A DNA stretch of 64,000 nucleotides from Macrostomum lignano. Lineage: Eukaryota. The translations under genes were made by a program, and so were the position numbers. Position 1 is the first letter of the stretch. Each line of letters begins with the position of its first letter. The stretch is from positions 161,585-225,584 of the forward strand of contig NIVC01001884.1 of assembly GCA_002269645.1 (NCBI GenBank). Direction: 5' to 3'. Positions 1-19,652 of the stretch are shown in pieces. A model generated the notes under the pieces. The model ran no database searches, was not told the origin of the DNA, and saw nothing but the letters and a program-made list of their open reading frames with translations.

Positions 1-174
1 ACTGACTTAAAAATTAAATTGAATTTTGAATTCTATATATAATTGAAAAGCTACCCGCAACAAATTGAATCGGAAGATTGGGTGAAGGGTGAACACCCAA
101 AGTTCTCAGCCCTGTCGTATTTCACCTGGCATGCTTCAATTCAGTCTTATTGAGGCACAGAAAAACATCCTCAC

Positions 175-6934
<6,760 letters not shown>

Positions 6935-7079
6935 CTCGGCGCCCAGCGGTCCGTTGGTGCCGAAGCCGAAAGCGTTGCCGCCGACGTCTCCGAGGCCGAG
7001 CGAGCTGTAGTGGCCGCTGCTCGCCTCCTTGTGGAAGCCCGCGGAATAGGCGTCCCGGAACTGGCCTGCGGGCGGGCCG

Positions 7080-7590
7080 TCTGCCACTCTGCTTCACTCC
7101 GTCTGCCACTCTACCTCACTCCGTCTGCCACTCTGCCTCACTCCGTCTGCCACTCTGCCTCACTCCGTCTGCCACTATGCCTCACTCCGTCTGCCACTCT
7201 GCCTCACTCCGTCTGCCACTCTGCCTCACTCCGTCTGTCACTCTGCCTCACTCCGTCTGTCACTCTGCCTCACTCCGTCTGTCACTCTGCCTCACTCCGT
7301 CTGTCACTCTGCCTCACTCCGTCTGTCACTCTGCCTCACTCCGTCTGTCACTCTGCCTCACTCCGTCTGTCACTCTGCCTCACTCCGTCTGTCACTCTGC
7401 CTCACTCCGTCTGTCACTCTGCCTCACTCCGTCTGTCACTCTGCCTCACTCCGTCTGCCACTCTGCTTCACTGTCTGTCACACTACCTTAATCCGTTTTT
7501 CACTCTGCCTCACTCCATCTGTCACTCTGCTTCACTGTCTGTCACACTACCTTAATCCGTCTGTCACTATGCCTTACTTCGTCTGACACT
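7080..7590. repeat. 22-bp minisatellite CTCTGCCTCACTCCGTCTGTCA
   Basis: Direct reading; abuts the open 5' extension of the innexin B first recognised exon. Confidence 0.95.
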
Positions 7591-10086
7591 CTGTCTCTCT
7601 ACAGACGGAAACTGTGCCTCAATCATTTTGTCACTCTCCTTATCTGCGACAAAATCATCTCACCTGTTACCAACCTCTACACCAGTCACACCCACACACC
7701 TGTCTTAGCGGTGGCTCTGCACCTGTTACCCTCAAACTAATCTTATTCAAACAGTAATTTTCATTCAGCATAATTCTCTCGAATCAGTGCACATCATGCG
7801 CTGGTTCATGCCCTACCTTCCTTGCGAAATGCCACTTTGCCGGCTGTAGCGGTTCTAACCGAGCGGTTTCGGGCACAAACAGACGGCTCCTGCTCGAATC
7901 TGCTTTTTCGGCTAATCCTTGGTTTTAAAAGCAAATTTTCTTTTTAAGGGGCCCGAGACTGAGCCGCTGTCGCCTTCACATCTTTTTTTGTCTGTTTCAG
8001 GCGCTTTCAGTAGCCTTGAATGGCTGCCTGCTGTCTCCCTCTCTCCATTCTCTAAAGCCTCTTGTGGGCTGCTCTGATTGGCTGAGCCAGTCAAATAGCC
8101 AATCAAACCAAATATGAGCGATTAGAGCTGGCTTTTGATGGACTGATTGACACCGGCCTCCTATTATATCTACAAGACCTATGTACCTATGTGCGGTTAG
8201 TAGGCTGTTTGCGTCGCCCATGGACAGCTGCAGAGCTGTAGTACAAAGACGCTTACAATCGATTTTCTGAGAAAGGAGCTGTGTGTCTTGTGAATGCTTT
8301 GAAGAAATCGGATTTTCTCGATATAATTTGTCTATGGCAGAACCCCATTCAACGCCGCGCGTTCTCTTCTAGAGGCTAAAATTTATACACGCAAAAATTT
8401 AACTTTCAATATTTTCAAAACGGGCGTTTTTCGACTCCTGAATTTCAATTCCTGAATTGAGAAAAAATAAAATTCGTAAAATAATTGCTAGTTGCTACTT
8501 TGAGTAGCTGGAACAAATGCTCATTGCGTAGAAAAATCTACTTACTTTAGGAAAGCTGAAGCACTCTGCTGGTAATTATGCACCCTAGCTGCAGGCAGTG
8601 CGCCTAAGAATCCCAACCCCTAATTAGGGGCCTTTTTGGCCCAGCAGCTCAGTGCAAGTCAGTGCATTGTTAGTTTGCAATAATTATAAGAGGCTGCTGG
8701 CGCAACTTCTGACCTTGCGGTCGGCCAGCATTCAGCGAGGAGTCAATTATGCATGTAAATTTCTGAGCACACGGCTGCGTACGCAGATACAAGCACGCAC
8801 AGGGGGGTAAAGCGGTCCCATGACTTCCTTCATCTTCAGACAGAGTACTGCAGGCTCTACGGCTGGGAGACTGACAAGCCAAAATCCAGTAATTTGGAAA
8901 GGATTTTTTCAGTTCAACTTTTTTGCACCTGTGCCCATCCATGGTCACCAGCATATTTGAAATTGGACGCGAAAAACCATGTTTACCATTTACTGAGAAC
9001 CCTAGCCTAACCACAGATGCTAGACTAACTAGATGGCTGGTGACTAGATGACTTTGATAAGTTTAGAAACCAACAAGCTTCAAGCACAGACGTAAGCAGC
9101 TTACTAATTGGTTCAGCCATAATGTACATTAGCCACTGAAATGTACAAGGTAGATTTAGGCCGGAACAACCGAGGAAGGTAATAAAAATAGGGTGGCCCC
9201 GGGGTAGAGGCTGTGGATTTTGGGGGACTTTAGCTTGGGGGGGGGGGTAAGAGACAAATAAAGAAACCTTGTCTTTAAAAATACATTAAAACGCTTCAGT
9301 TTAACTTACTACTGAACTGAAAGTAGCTCACACGCAAATGTGCTGAGTGGTTAATCTAGTTATTTTAGTATCTGTGGCCCTAACCAAATCCCGCACAAGA
9401 TTAAGGATACAATGGCCCTAACGACAAAATGTCAGTCAAAACATTGGGCTGGGCTTAGTTTATATATATATATATATATTTGAAAATATCGACTAAACTA
9501 GCAATATATATGCAACTTTTTACGTGGTGCTTTGATTTTACTTTCAATTATTTCAATGTGCGCTCTCTCGGAACTTCCTACTTTCAAGACGGCATTGGTC
9601 TAAGAGATCTGCTTATCACAGAACGGGACAGGATAGCGGATGAGAACAGCAGGGATCAGGGCTGCGACGGTCTGGTGCTGCTGCGCACTGTATATAGCAA
9701 ACATCTAATCGAAGGAATGCAAAAAATGCTCAAAGTGATCGAATTAATTTTTCGAGCCAGAGATGGAGTTTCTTTCTAGCTAAAATAACATCTAAGTAAA
9801 ACCATTGGACACGCATGGCTAGCCTACAGAGAAACAGTTAACAGCAAGTGGAATTGGGGGGGGGGGGGCTGAGTCAATCGCAGTTCAATGAAACCGGATG
9901 CCCCGAGGCCGCTCGCTGGAATTCGGATTTCCGGTTCAGTACTCAAGTCTATCTTCCTGGCGCAGTTACCTAGGCCTTCTGCATCCAGGGAAGAGCTGAC
10001 TGCACTGACTGCCAAGCCAGTGAATAAGCTTTGTACATTCAACTGCACTGCTCAAGTTCTGGATTGGCCCACTCAGCTGTCCTGGG

Positions 10087-13000
10087 TCAGACAACGCTGG
10101 AGCCTCTGTTGACAGACTCGAGCAACCGGTTGATGTCGTCCTCCGTGCCGGTGATCTTGGCCTGCCTGTAGTTCCTCCACAATGTTGTGGTGACGTCCAG
10201 GGCGACGAGGTCGCTGGCCAGGTTTGACACGGCTTGCAAGATGAAAATACCGTCAGGTCCCAGGTTGTTGTGCACGAACTTGGCGCAGTCTCTCTCCTCA
10301 GTATTCGATATTAGCCTCATCGCTCGCAGGTACTGCTTGACGAAGTCGACTCGCTGCTGCGGTATTAGCGTTCGAATTATCCAGCTCAACGTGTTAATGG
10401 CAGTTAGGACTGCTAGGATAATGAACCAGAACCACAGGAAGATGTACACCTTCTCCACGAAGTGGTTCACGGGTAGGACGCATTGCACCGTGTATCTGAC
10501 ATGGTGCGGTTTTGTGAAGGGGCTGCGATGAATCGTGGGGTGTCTATGACTAACCATTGAGGTGTCTGTGACTAACTATTGAGGTGTCTGTGACTAACCA
10601 TTGAGGTGTCTATGACTAACCATTGAGGTGTCTGTGACTAACCATTGAGGTGTCTATGACTAACCATTGAGGTGTCTGTGACTAACCATTGAGGTGTCTG
10701 TGACTAACCATTGAGGTGTCTGTGACTAACCATTGAGGTGTCTGTGACTAACCATTGAGGTGTCTATGACTAACCATTGAGGTGTCTGTGACTAACCATT
10801 GAGGTGTCTGTGACTAACCATTGAGGTGTCTGTGACTAACCATTGAGGTGTCTATGACTAACCATTGAGGTGTCTGTGACTAACCATTGAGGTGTCTGTG
10901 ACTAACCATTGAGGTGTCTGTGACTAACCATTGAGGTGTCTATGACTAACCATTGAGGTGTCTGTGACTAACCATTGAGGTGTCTGTGACTAACCATTGA
11001 GGTGTCTGTGACTAACCATTGATGTGTCTGTGACTAACCATTGAGGTGTCTGTGACTAGCCATTGAGGCGTCTGTGTCTAACTATTGAGGTGTCTGTGTC
11101 TAACTATTGAGGTGTCTGTGACTAACTATTGAGGTGTCTGTGACTAACTATTGAGGTGTCTGTGTCTAACTATTGAGGTGTCTGTGTCTAACTATTGAGG
11201 TGTCTGTGACTAACCATTGAGGTGTCTATGACTAACCATTGAGGTGTCTATGACTAACCATTGAGGTGTCTGTGACTAACCATTGAGGTGTCTGTGACTA
11301 GCCATTGAGGCGTCTGTGTCTAACTATTGAGGTGTCTGTGTCTAACTATTGAGGTGTCTGTGTCTAACTATTGAGGTGTCTATGACTAACCATTGAGGTG
11401 TCTGTGACTAACTATTGAGGTGTCTGTGACTAACCATTGAGGTGTCTGTGACTAACCATTGAGGTGTCTGTGACTAACCATTGAGGTGTCTGTGACTAAC
11501 CATTGAGGTGTCTGTGACTAACCATTGAGGTGTCTGTGACTAACCATTGAGGTGTCTATGACTAACCATTGAGGTGTCTGTGACTAACTATTGAGATGTC
11601 AATCATGGCAAGGGCCAGTACTCACGGCTTGTTGCCCTTAGTTCCAAGATTCCGCTTGGGAATGTTGCAGAAGGTGACTCGCGGGAAATTTCCCGACTCC
11701 TTCCAGTCAATGCCGGCAATGAGGTTACTGAGCACCTCGTAGCCAAAGAAGATTGACTTGTTGCCAAGGAAGCTGCGCATGAGAAATACCTGGCCAATGG
11801 CGTTGCCGATGAACATGAGCCTGACAAGCAGGAACAGCAGCGTCAGGCGGATGTTGGGGCCGCAGCAGAACAAGAATTTCTCCACCGTGCTGCGAACTCT
11901 CCTATGACGGCTGGTGGCTTCCGCCTGCTCCTCCAGAGCTGCCACCAGGCACTGCACGGCCTTCCTGCGCAGGTCCGTGTCCGGGATGGCCGCGTTGCGC
12001 GCGCTCTTGATTAGCACCGGTAGGCGCCTGGCGCCAACTCGCCAGACAAGATGAGGCACCCAGGTGAGCATGGCTTGTCCGGCCAGCACGATGGCCACCC
12101 ACTGGTAGTAGGTGAGGAACCTCTTGCTGTCCAGTTCCTTCTTGCGTACCGGGATGTCGTCATCTGGCCCGAGGAAATAGGTGCTGGACACCCAGCAGTA
12201 GTTCTCGGCGAAGTCCTCCCAAGCTTTGGAGAATTCCTGAGGCACCCAGCACTGAATCGGCTTGCCTGCGGGACGGTGGCGCGCCTTGATAGAAGTGCTG
12301 AGTAAAGAGTATAGAAAATCGATCATAAAGATTTCTTTTTGTTATATGCGAGCCAAAGAAGCAGGTAAAGTTAAGCAGAGTTAAGTCTGCATGAGCATGA
12401 ATCCCAGCACTGTGCCACAGATGCTATTATAAAATAGCAAGATGTCACTCGAAAAAACTGCGCCTATCTGCTCTTTTTTTCAGTCGGAGCACCCAAATCC
12501 AGTGGCACCCGCCCCAAGCCAGACCGATAAACAGTTCGGCTTTCCGCTTGCCCGCTAGTGTTTGACTTTAGCCTTTCTCCTTGCTGCTCTCTCATTGGCT
12601 GAGCTAGATTGGGCCTGCCCCTAAGCTAAGTTTCGTCCCTCTGACTTTAGCCTCTCTCCTTGCTGCTCTCTCATTGGCTGAGCTAGATTGGGCCTGCCCC
12701 TAAGCTAAGTTTTGTCCCTCTGACTTTAGCCTCTCTCCTTGCTGCTCTCTCATTGGCTGAGCTAGATTGGGCCTGCCCCTAAGCTAAGTTTCGTCCCTCT
12801 GACTTTAGCCTCTCTCCTTGCTGCTCTCTCATTGGCTGAGCTAGATTGGGCCTGTCCCCTAGGCTGAATAGGCTAGACTTGTGTACATCAGTTGAAATGT
12901 TTTTGTTAATTCTTAACCCCACACATGCTCCTTGAGGCCGCAAACCCCAAGAAAGGAAAAAGTTTTAGCAGCTACATTAAATTTAAGTAACACTGCGCAT

Positions 13001-14517
13001 ACAAATTACTGAATAAAGAGTAGTCGCTCTACTTTTTCACAATTTTAACTGCGACTGACATTCTTAGTTACTCCAGGATCTGTGGCACCGTGCAAGCACA
13101 TCTTACAACGGGTCAGGCGTTGCCTATATCCGACTTCAGTTTTGGACAACTTGGACTTCTGTATTAGGCTGAACCCCAACCCCGGGGTGAAATTCAAATT
13201 CATTCTGAGATTGCAAGCGACTTGCTATACTGGCGCACGTAACTGGTCAGTTATTAAAGTAATTCTTTAACTTTTAATTTATTAGGAAGCAAATAATTAG
13301 GCATCAGCAACATTTCCTTCCCACACTCTGCTGAAAAGGGCAGAACGGCCGGCTCAGGACGGGCCGGTAACGAGTGCTTCCTCACGCTCTATCAACACTC
13401 AGTCAACACAGAATTTCTAGCTGAGACTTCGTATCCGTCTCCAGTGGCCTGCGAACCCCGGCCAGGGAGCTGCTGGCTGCCTCTCAGCGCAATCCTTGCA
13501 CTGGCTGACAGGCCGGGGTCAGGGAAAACTTCAATGCTGCAGCGCTGGAGCCCCATTGCATGTTTTTACACAGCCTTGGCAAATCAGTCAGTGGAGGGGA
13601 ACGGCTGAGGTGGGGCAGACTCTTGCCAGGCGCTGGGGGAACCCATTGTGTCAGGCCGGACTGAAGCTGGCCATCAATTTTTACTTTGAGGGGGGCCTCT
13701 GTCTGCGCTCCCTATCGACCCCCCAGCGACCCCGGGCAGTGATGCTTTATCCATCTAGCAGGGCGGGCGCAGGGGATTGCAGGCTAATTTTGGCCGAACC
13801 TTGGTCTTGGCGCAGAGGACAGGCGCGGGGTTGTTGCTTTTGCCAACTTTTGCGTGACGCGACGCCCACCGTGTCCTCCCTCCCTCCCCTCTCTTTGAAA
13901 AGCTTTCAATTCCTCACTCCGACCGCACCCCTGTCGCAATTATTCTTTCTCAAGTCACAGGCGATCCGGCAGACTTCGCCCAGATGTCCCGCACAGAGAG
14001 AATGAATCAGTTTGTCGGTCAGCCGGTGCCATGAAATATTCTCTTTCTCAGTTCGGCAAGGCTATGCAGGCTGAGCTCTCCTTGGTCACAGTCAATTCCC
14101 CCAGTAGCCCGAGCTTTCTCCCCTCAAGGAGCCACTTGGCATTCTGAACGCTCCAAAGCTAAAGAATAGAGAAGGAAGGAAGTGAATTGGGGCGCCAGTT
14201 CGCTCTAGAGCTCGGGTCGGAGAGTGCGGTTCAAGGATGAAATAAAAAACTCAGCAGATTGACTGGATGCACTTTTAGAAGAGGCGGTTCATTCATTTTC
14301 TAGGAAATGGTTTGCAAACTAGAGCGCCGAAATCATTAACGAACTCACCAACATATTGGCGCAGCCCGATGATGGCGATGAACATTGTCATGAGGCCGCC
14401 TGTGAACTGGTAGTTCAGCTGGTCGACAAAATCAACTCCGTGGCCGCCGTATGGCGTCTTGAATATCCGGCCGAGCTTCAGCACGAAGCCGGCGTCCATC
14501 ACGCCGCCGCGAGTCAT
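10087..14517 (-). CDS. inx: Innexin (gap-junction protein), paralogue A; complete, 3 coding exons, about 414 aa
   Basis: Exons are 14517-14349 (MTRGGVMDAGF...DFVDQLNYQFTGG...RQYV), 12265-11626 (GKPIQCWVPQEF...AENYCW...YYQW...FPRVTFC) and 10522-10087 (YTVQCVLPVNHFVEKVYIFLWFWF...stop). All junctions are GT-AG and phase-compatible; total 1245 nt. Confidence 0.95.
10540..11602. repeat. 22-bp minisatellite GAGGTGTCTGTGACTAACCATT filling innexin A intron 2
   Basis: About 48 units; a variant block recurs at a 242-bp (11-unit) spacing (11056 and 11298). Confidence 0.97.
12562..12862. repeat. 79-bp tandem repeat (~4 copies) in innexin A intron 1, with two ATTGG per unit
   Basis: GAGCTAGATTGGG recurs at 12601, 12680, 12759 and 12838. 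Confidence 0.93.
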
Positions 14518-15644
14518 GGCTGCTGCTGCTGTTGAGCTGCTGGGCGATGACGGCCGCTTCTAACGGGATGTCACTAAGGCTGCGCTTACTGCCAGACTAG
14601 TGCTGCCATCTTTTTCTGGCTGTCAACTTCTTTGCGTCTTGTCCTGCTTCTGCGAGCTATTTAGCTGCTGCTAAAACTGCTGCCTCTGTAGAATTTGGCT
14701 GGCATGGCTGCTGCTCCCCGCCTCTCTCGCTGCTTTTGGCCCCGGCTGAGGGGTGGCGCCGGGTCTTAGAGGATAGAAGGGCAGGCAGGGGACACGGCGC
14801 TGACTGATTGGAGGGGGCAGCAGCCCTCTTTGCCCGCCTTGGCGCTCTTTATTTTTTGCCCAGCCCGACCCCTCCCCTCTCTCTCGGCCTCCCATTCAAT
14901 TCCTGTTCTATTTTGGGAGAGGAGTTCAGCTGAGGCCAAATTTGCCACATCTCATTCTCTCATCCAGCGATCTCTGCGCGCGTACTCAGCCAGCCAGCCC
15001 TCCCTTCTCCCCGTCCCTCAGCCCTGCCGCCTCTCCCCTTCTCATTCCCCCTGTTGTTCTTCTGTCTCGCCGTCAGAAGATGTCTCTCCTCCGTGATCGA
15101 CGGTGGCACCGCGGTGACGAAGGCAGTTCTGCAAGGACTGCAGCCCGGCAGATGAGCCACAGAAGACACAGCAGAGAGAGTCAGGAGACAGGGGGGAGAC
15201 ATGCTGATGGAGGGGAGACAGGCAGAATCAAAGCAGCAAAGAGTCGCCGCTGTCTGAGTTCTCAAATTCCCCAAAGCTGTGCTCCCAAGCCCAAGTGATC
15301 ACCTATGTACTCATCCAGTGAACCCCCCCCAGGGGAGGCAGAAGGGAGAGCTTTGAGGGAGAGGCATGCTGGGGACTGTGCTACTTCTGCTTCAGGAGCC
15401 GCTCCCAATACGTGTTTAGTGCCGTGGGATTTCTTCCCCATTTCTGCCGTCTGTCCTCTCTGTCCATTTCTGCGGTCTGCCCCCCTCTCCTGCTGATCCC
15501 ATCCGGTGGCCTGAAAGTGCTGCCGCAAATTCACTATGCGGGTGGGAATGTGAGAGCATTGAGACAGGGGATGCCGTCTTGGTGGGTGTCTTGGGCGGAA
15601 TAGTCGCCGACTCTAAGTGCATTTCGGAAATTAATTTCGGTTTT

Positions 15645-15990
15645 ATGAAGTCTCGGGTTTATGATGTTTCGGGTTATGAAGCTTCGGGTTTATGAAATTC
15701 AGGGTTTATGAAGTATTGGGTTATGAAGTTTAGGGTTTATAAAGTTTCGGGTTATGAAGTTTCGGGTTTATGAAGTTTCGGGTTTATGAAGTTTCGGGTT
15801 TATGAAGTTTCGGGTTTATGAAGTTTCGGGTTATGAAGTTTCGGGTTTATGAATTTACGGGCTAATGGAGTTTCGGGTTATGAATTTTAAAGTTTATGAA
15901 GTTTCGAGTTCATAAGGTTTGGGGTTTAAGAAATTCAGGGTTTATGAGTCTCGGGTTTATGAAGTTTCATGTTTATGAAGTTTTATGGCT
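15645..15990. repeat. Degenerate 15-16-bp repeat GGGTTTATGAAGTTTC
   Basis: Direct reading. Confidence 0.88.
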
Positions 15991-17397
15991 ATGAAGTTCA
16001 TGAAGTATGCAAAGTGCAAAGGCAGATGGACAGACAGTGAAGGAAAGATGGGCATTTGAATATACTGCTTCTCTGGGGGGCAGCCTCGCCCCCTCATCAG
16101 AAACTTTTCTCCCCCAGAACTCTCGCCCATGAGTTTCTCCCCGAATAGGAAATATATTTCATCTCCTCCTAGCCCTGACCGCCAGAGACTATGAGCAGGG
16201 GGGAGAGAGGGGAGAGATGAAGGCCAGGGGGACACCCCAGTCCCGCTTGACCGCTCCATTGCATGCAAATTCGCTCGCGGGCTACCTCAGGCCCCCGATT
16301 TTATCACTTTTTCATCTCCGTTCGCCCGGGCGCACTCGAGCGGCAGCTTTTATCGCTCGCGCGGGGACGCTGGGGGTGGGGGGGGGGGGTAGAAGCCCTC
16401 CGCTGCGCTCGAATCTCTGCCGAGACTGCATCGCCCCGCTGGCTCCCGACTGCAGACAGAAGATTAAAGGGATGTTACCCTGAAATTGATTGAGCTATGA
16501 GCGCTGTCGCATATTTAATTCATGAGCTCCCCCCCATATCATTTTTCAGTGCATCAGTTCTCTTTCTGTCTCAAGTCTCAGCGATTGTCTTGCCCAGCTT
16601 AATCTCCTAATAAATCATTCTGGCCACTCGCCAAAGCGAATCTGCTACTCAGGCAGCAGCACTGCTCAGCCCGCGGGATGCTCAGCCCGCGGCTGTAGTC
16701 GGGTTCTTAGGAATGAGCAAAAATGGGAAGAGAGAGATTTGACTCGAGTCACGAGACCTGCAGATTCGCCTGCTGCATCGCTTTGCTCATCCTTTATGCC
16801 GCCTCCTTCCCTAGTGTCTCGGATCTTTGCCTGTTTCCACCCAACCTGCTTCGCATTACGGATGCCTTGAAAGGGTGCCGAATCTTTGCAAGCCTGGCGA
16901 GGTAACGAAACGAAGCAGGAACCTTTGAGCGGAAACTCGACCTGCCTCAGTGTGCCTGCGGTTGGTGTCATCGAGTTGCTGCTGCTTTGTGGCGGCGGCA
17001 AAAATTGGGACAGTTCTAAACTTCAGGCGAGAACTTGCTGCCGACTGAAGCGTATTTTATGTGAGCCGAAATAGAAAAAGTTCAATTGTTTCACGTCACC
17101 CTACTATCAGTAGACTGCTTAGCATATTAGTAAAACAAATGCGTTGCAACAGAAGGCATTAAATTGACAAGAGAAAAGAATGCGGTTATAAAATAGTAAT
17201 GATTTTGAATAAAAAATGCGATAGTTTTCCACAAAGTATTAGCCCCAGGGTCTTAGGCGAACCCAGATGAAGAAGTCAGGGCTGTTGTATAACCTGCGTG
17301 AGTGTGAGAGCCTGCGTACGGATCCATGTGTGCTCAGGGATGGGCATTCTCGATTGCCTCCTCATTGGCTTTCGTAACATCCATTCACTTTAATCTC

Positions 17398-17872
17398 CGT
17401 TTCTATTTTTTAGAACATCCGTCTACTGGAGCATAACGTCAGTTTCTTTTTTAGGAGTATCTGTCGTGCATGACGTCATTTTCTATTTTTGGAGCATCTG
17501 TCGTGCATGACGTCAGTTTCTATTTTTGGAGCATCTGTCCTGCATGACGTCAGTTTCTATTTTTGGAGCATCTGTCCTGCATGACATCAGTTTCTATTTT
17601 TGAAGCATCTGTCGTGCATGACCTCAGTTTCTACTTTTGGAGCGTCTGTCCTGCATGACCTCAGTTTCTATTTTTGGAGCGTCTGTCCTGCATGACATCA
17701 GTTTCTATTTTTGGAGCGTCTGTCCTGCATGACCTCAGTTTCTATTTTTGGAGCATCTGTCCTGCATGACGTCAGTTTCTATTTTTGGAGCATCTGTCCT
17801 GCATGACGTCAGTTTCTATTTTTGGAACATCCGTCTCCTGCAGCATCACGTCAGTTTCTATTTTTGGAACAC
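17398..17872. repeat. 37-bp minisatellite TTTCTATTTTTGGAGCATCTGTCCTGCATGACGTCAG containing CRE palindromes
   Basis: About 12 units; perfect TGACGTCA at 17471, 17508, 17545, 17767 and 17804. Confidence 0.93.
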
Positions 17873-18734
17873 CTATTTTATTTGATATCACTATTTAGAT
17901 CATCAACAAATCGAAATGAAGTCACACTTCAAGTGACAGCCTGGCATAGCTGGAGAAGTTTTAAACTTAAACTCGAAACTTTTACTTAATACGAAAGCGA
18001 ATTACCAGCCTCTGAGTGAGTCTTACCTTATTAGCCTGCTCTCGGAGTTCTCCTTTTTGTTAGTCGGATTTCAACTTGAGACCAGGGGCTGGTGACCCCT
18101 ATATGGGAAAAAAATATGGGAAATATTTTGAGATAGCTTGCTTATCTGGTGAAAGTCAACTTACAAAGCCCCTGAGATATATTCATCCGTAATATATACT
18201 AACACTTGAAATCTCGGAATCTAGGAACGCTCACTGCAAAGCATTGAAATGCATGAAAGTTGCAGATTCTGGCCAGACGCAGAAGAAGACTCAAGCTGGG
18301 CGGGCACGCGAAAACTACTCAATCTCTCCTCTCCTCTCGCTTTTCTCAACAAGCTGGCACGCAGCTGAGCTGCTACATAGCGTGAGTCGGGGGCTCCGCC
18401 AGGGTTCTTCAATCAGCGCCCAGCGAGATTGCAACAGGCAGCGGCAGGGACCGCAATACGCTGATCCAACAGGGGGATCCCCGACCAAGCATAACTGAAT
18501 TCCCGCATAATGCAAGCTCCCCAGCAGCTATTGGGAGGCTGGGACACTGCCGGGCATAAACACGATCCTATGGAGGAGCTCAGGACTTCGCGGTGCTGCT
18601 GATTATGCAATCGATGGCTGATCAGGCTGAACTGATTATGGCTAATGAGATCCGCTCCATCCCGTCTCATCTCAGCTATCTCCGGCTTCTGGCGGAGCCC
18701 ATTTGCCTGCCACTGTCTGGTCATGGATTCTGGA

Positions 18735-18903
18735 GTCAGTCAGTCAGTCAGTCAGTCAGTCAGTCAGTCAGTCAGTCAGTCAGTCAGTCAGTCAGTCAGT
18801 CAGTCAGTCAGTCAGTCAGTCAGTCAGTCAGTCAGTCAGTCAGTCAGTCAGTCAGTCAGTCAGTCAGTCAGTCAGTCAGTCAGTCAGTCAGTCAGTCAGT
18901 CAG
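18735..18903. repeat. (GTCA)n microsatellite
   Basis: Direct reading; about 42 units. Confidence 0.98.
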
Positions 18904-19259
18904 TAGTTAACTTACTAGTATTTAAATAACTGACTGACTGCAGAGAGCACAGCTCGAATCCAGTGGAACTTGAGTTCCCTGGGAAATCCTCAGACTCTGT
19001 GGGAGCTCTTGTCTGATCAGTGGAGTGAAAGTTAATCCTTGAAAGTCGAAGTCGTGAAGAGTTTTTTCCCGCTGAGTGGGTGCAGAGCAGAGTTCAGTTT
19101 AGCTGTGAGATCAACTCGGGGGGTTCTGCACCGGCTTACAATATACCTGCTATTAATTTAATTTACCTGTGATTCAAGACTGATATTAATTCAAAAAGAT
19201 GTGTTTGTAGCTATGTATAGTTGACAAGAAATGTTGCCTTAAAATATATTTTAATACTT

Positions 19260-19652
19260 AGTTTCGCGCCACTGGTATTCAGTTTGGCGCCACGGGCACT
19301 CAGTTTGGCGCCATTCAGTTTGGCGCCATAGACATTAAGTTTGGCGCCACATACATTCAGTTTGGCGCCACAGACATTCAGGTTGGCGCCACAGACATTC
19401 AGTTTTGCGCCACTGGCACTCAGTTTGGCGCCACTGGCACTCAGTTTGGCGCCATTCAGCTTGGCATCACAGGCCTTCAGTTTGGTGCCACTGGCATACA
19501 GTTTGGCGCCATTCAGCTTGGCGCCATTCAGTTAGTCACCACAAGCATTCAGTTTGGCTCCACTGGCACTCAGTTTGGTGCCACTGACACTCTGTTTGGC
19601 GCCACAGACATTCAGTTTGGCGCCACTGGCATACAGTTTGGCGCCACTGGCA
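19260..19652. repeat. Degenerate ~21-bp repeat CAGTTTGGCGCCACTGGCACT
   Basis: Direct reading. Confidence 0.88.

Noticed and set aside
10540-11602. TGACTAAC branch-point-like motif in every unit
   Set aside because: It lies on the strand antisense to the host innexin.
15645-15990. Telomere-like GGGTTT(A) repeat
   Set aside because: The unit is 15-16 bp with an ATGAAGTTTC spacer, not TTAGGG or a plant-type telomeric array.
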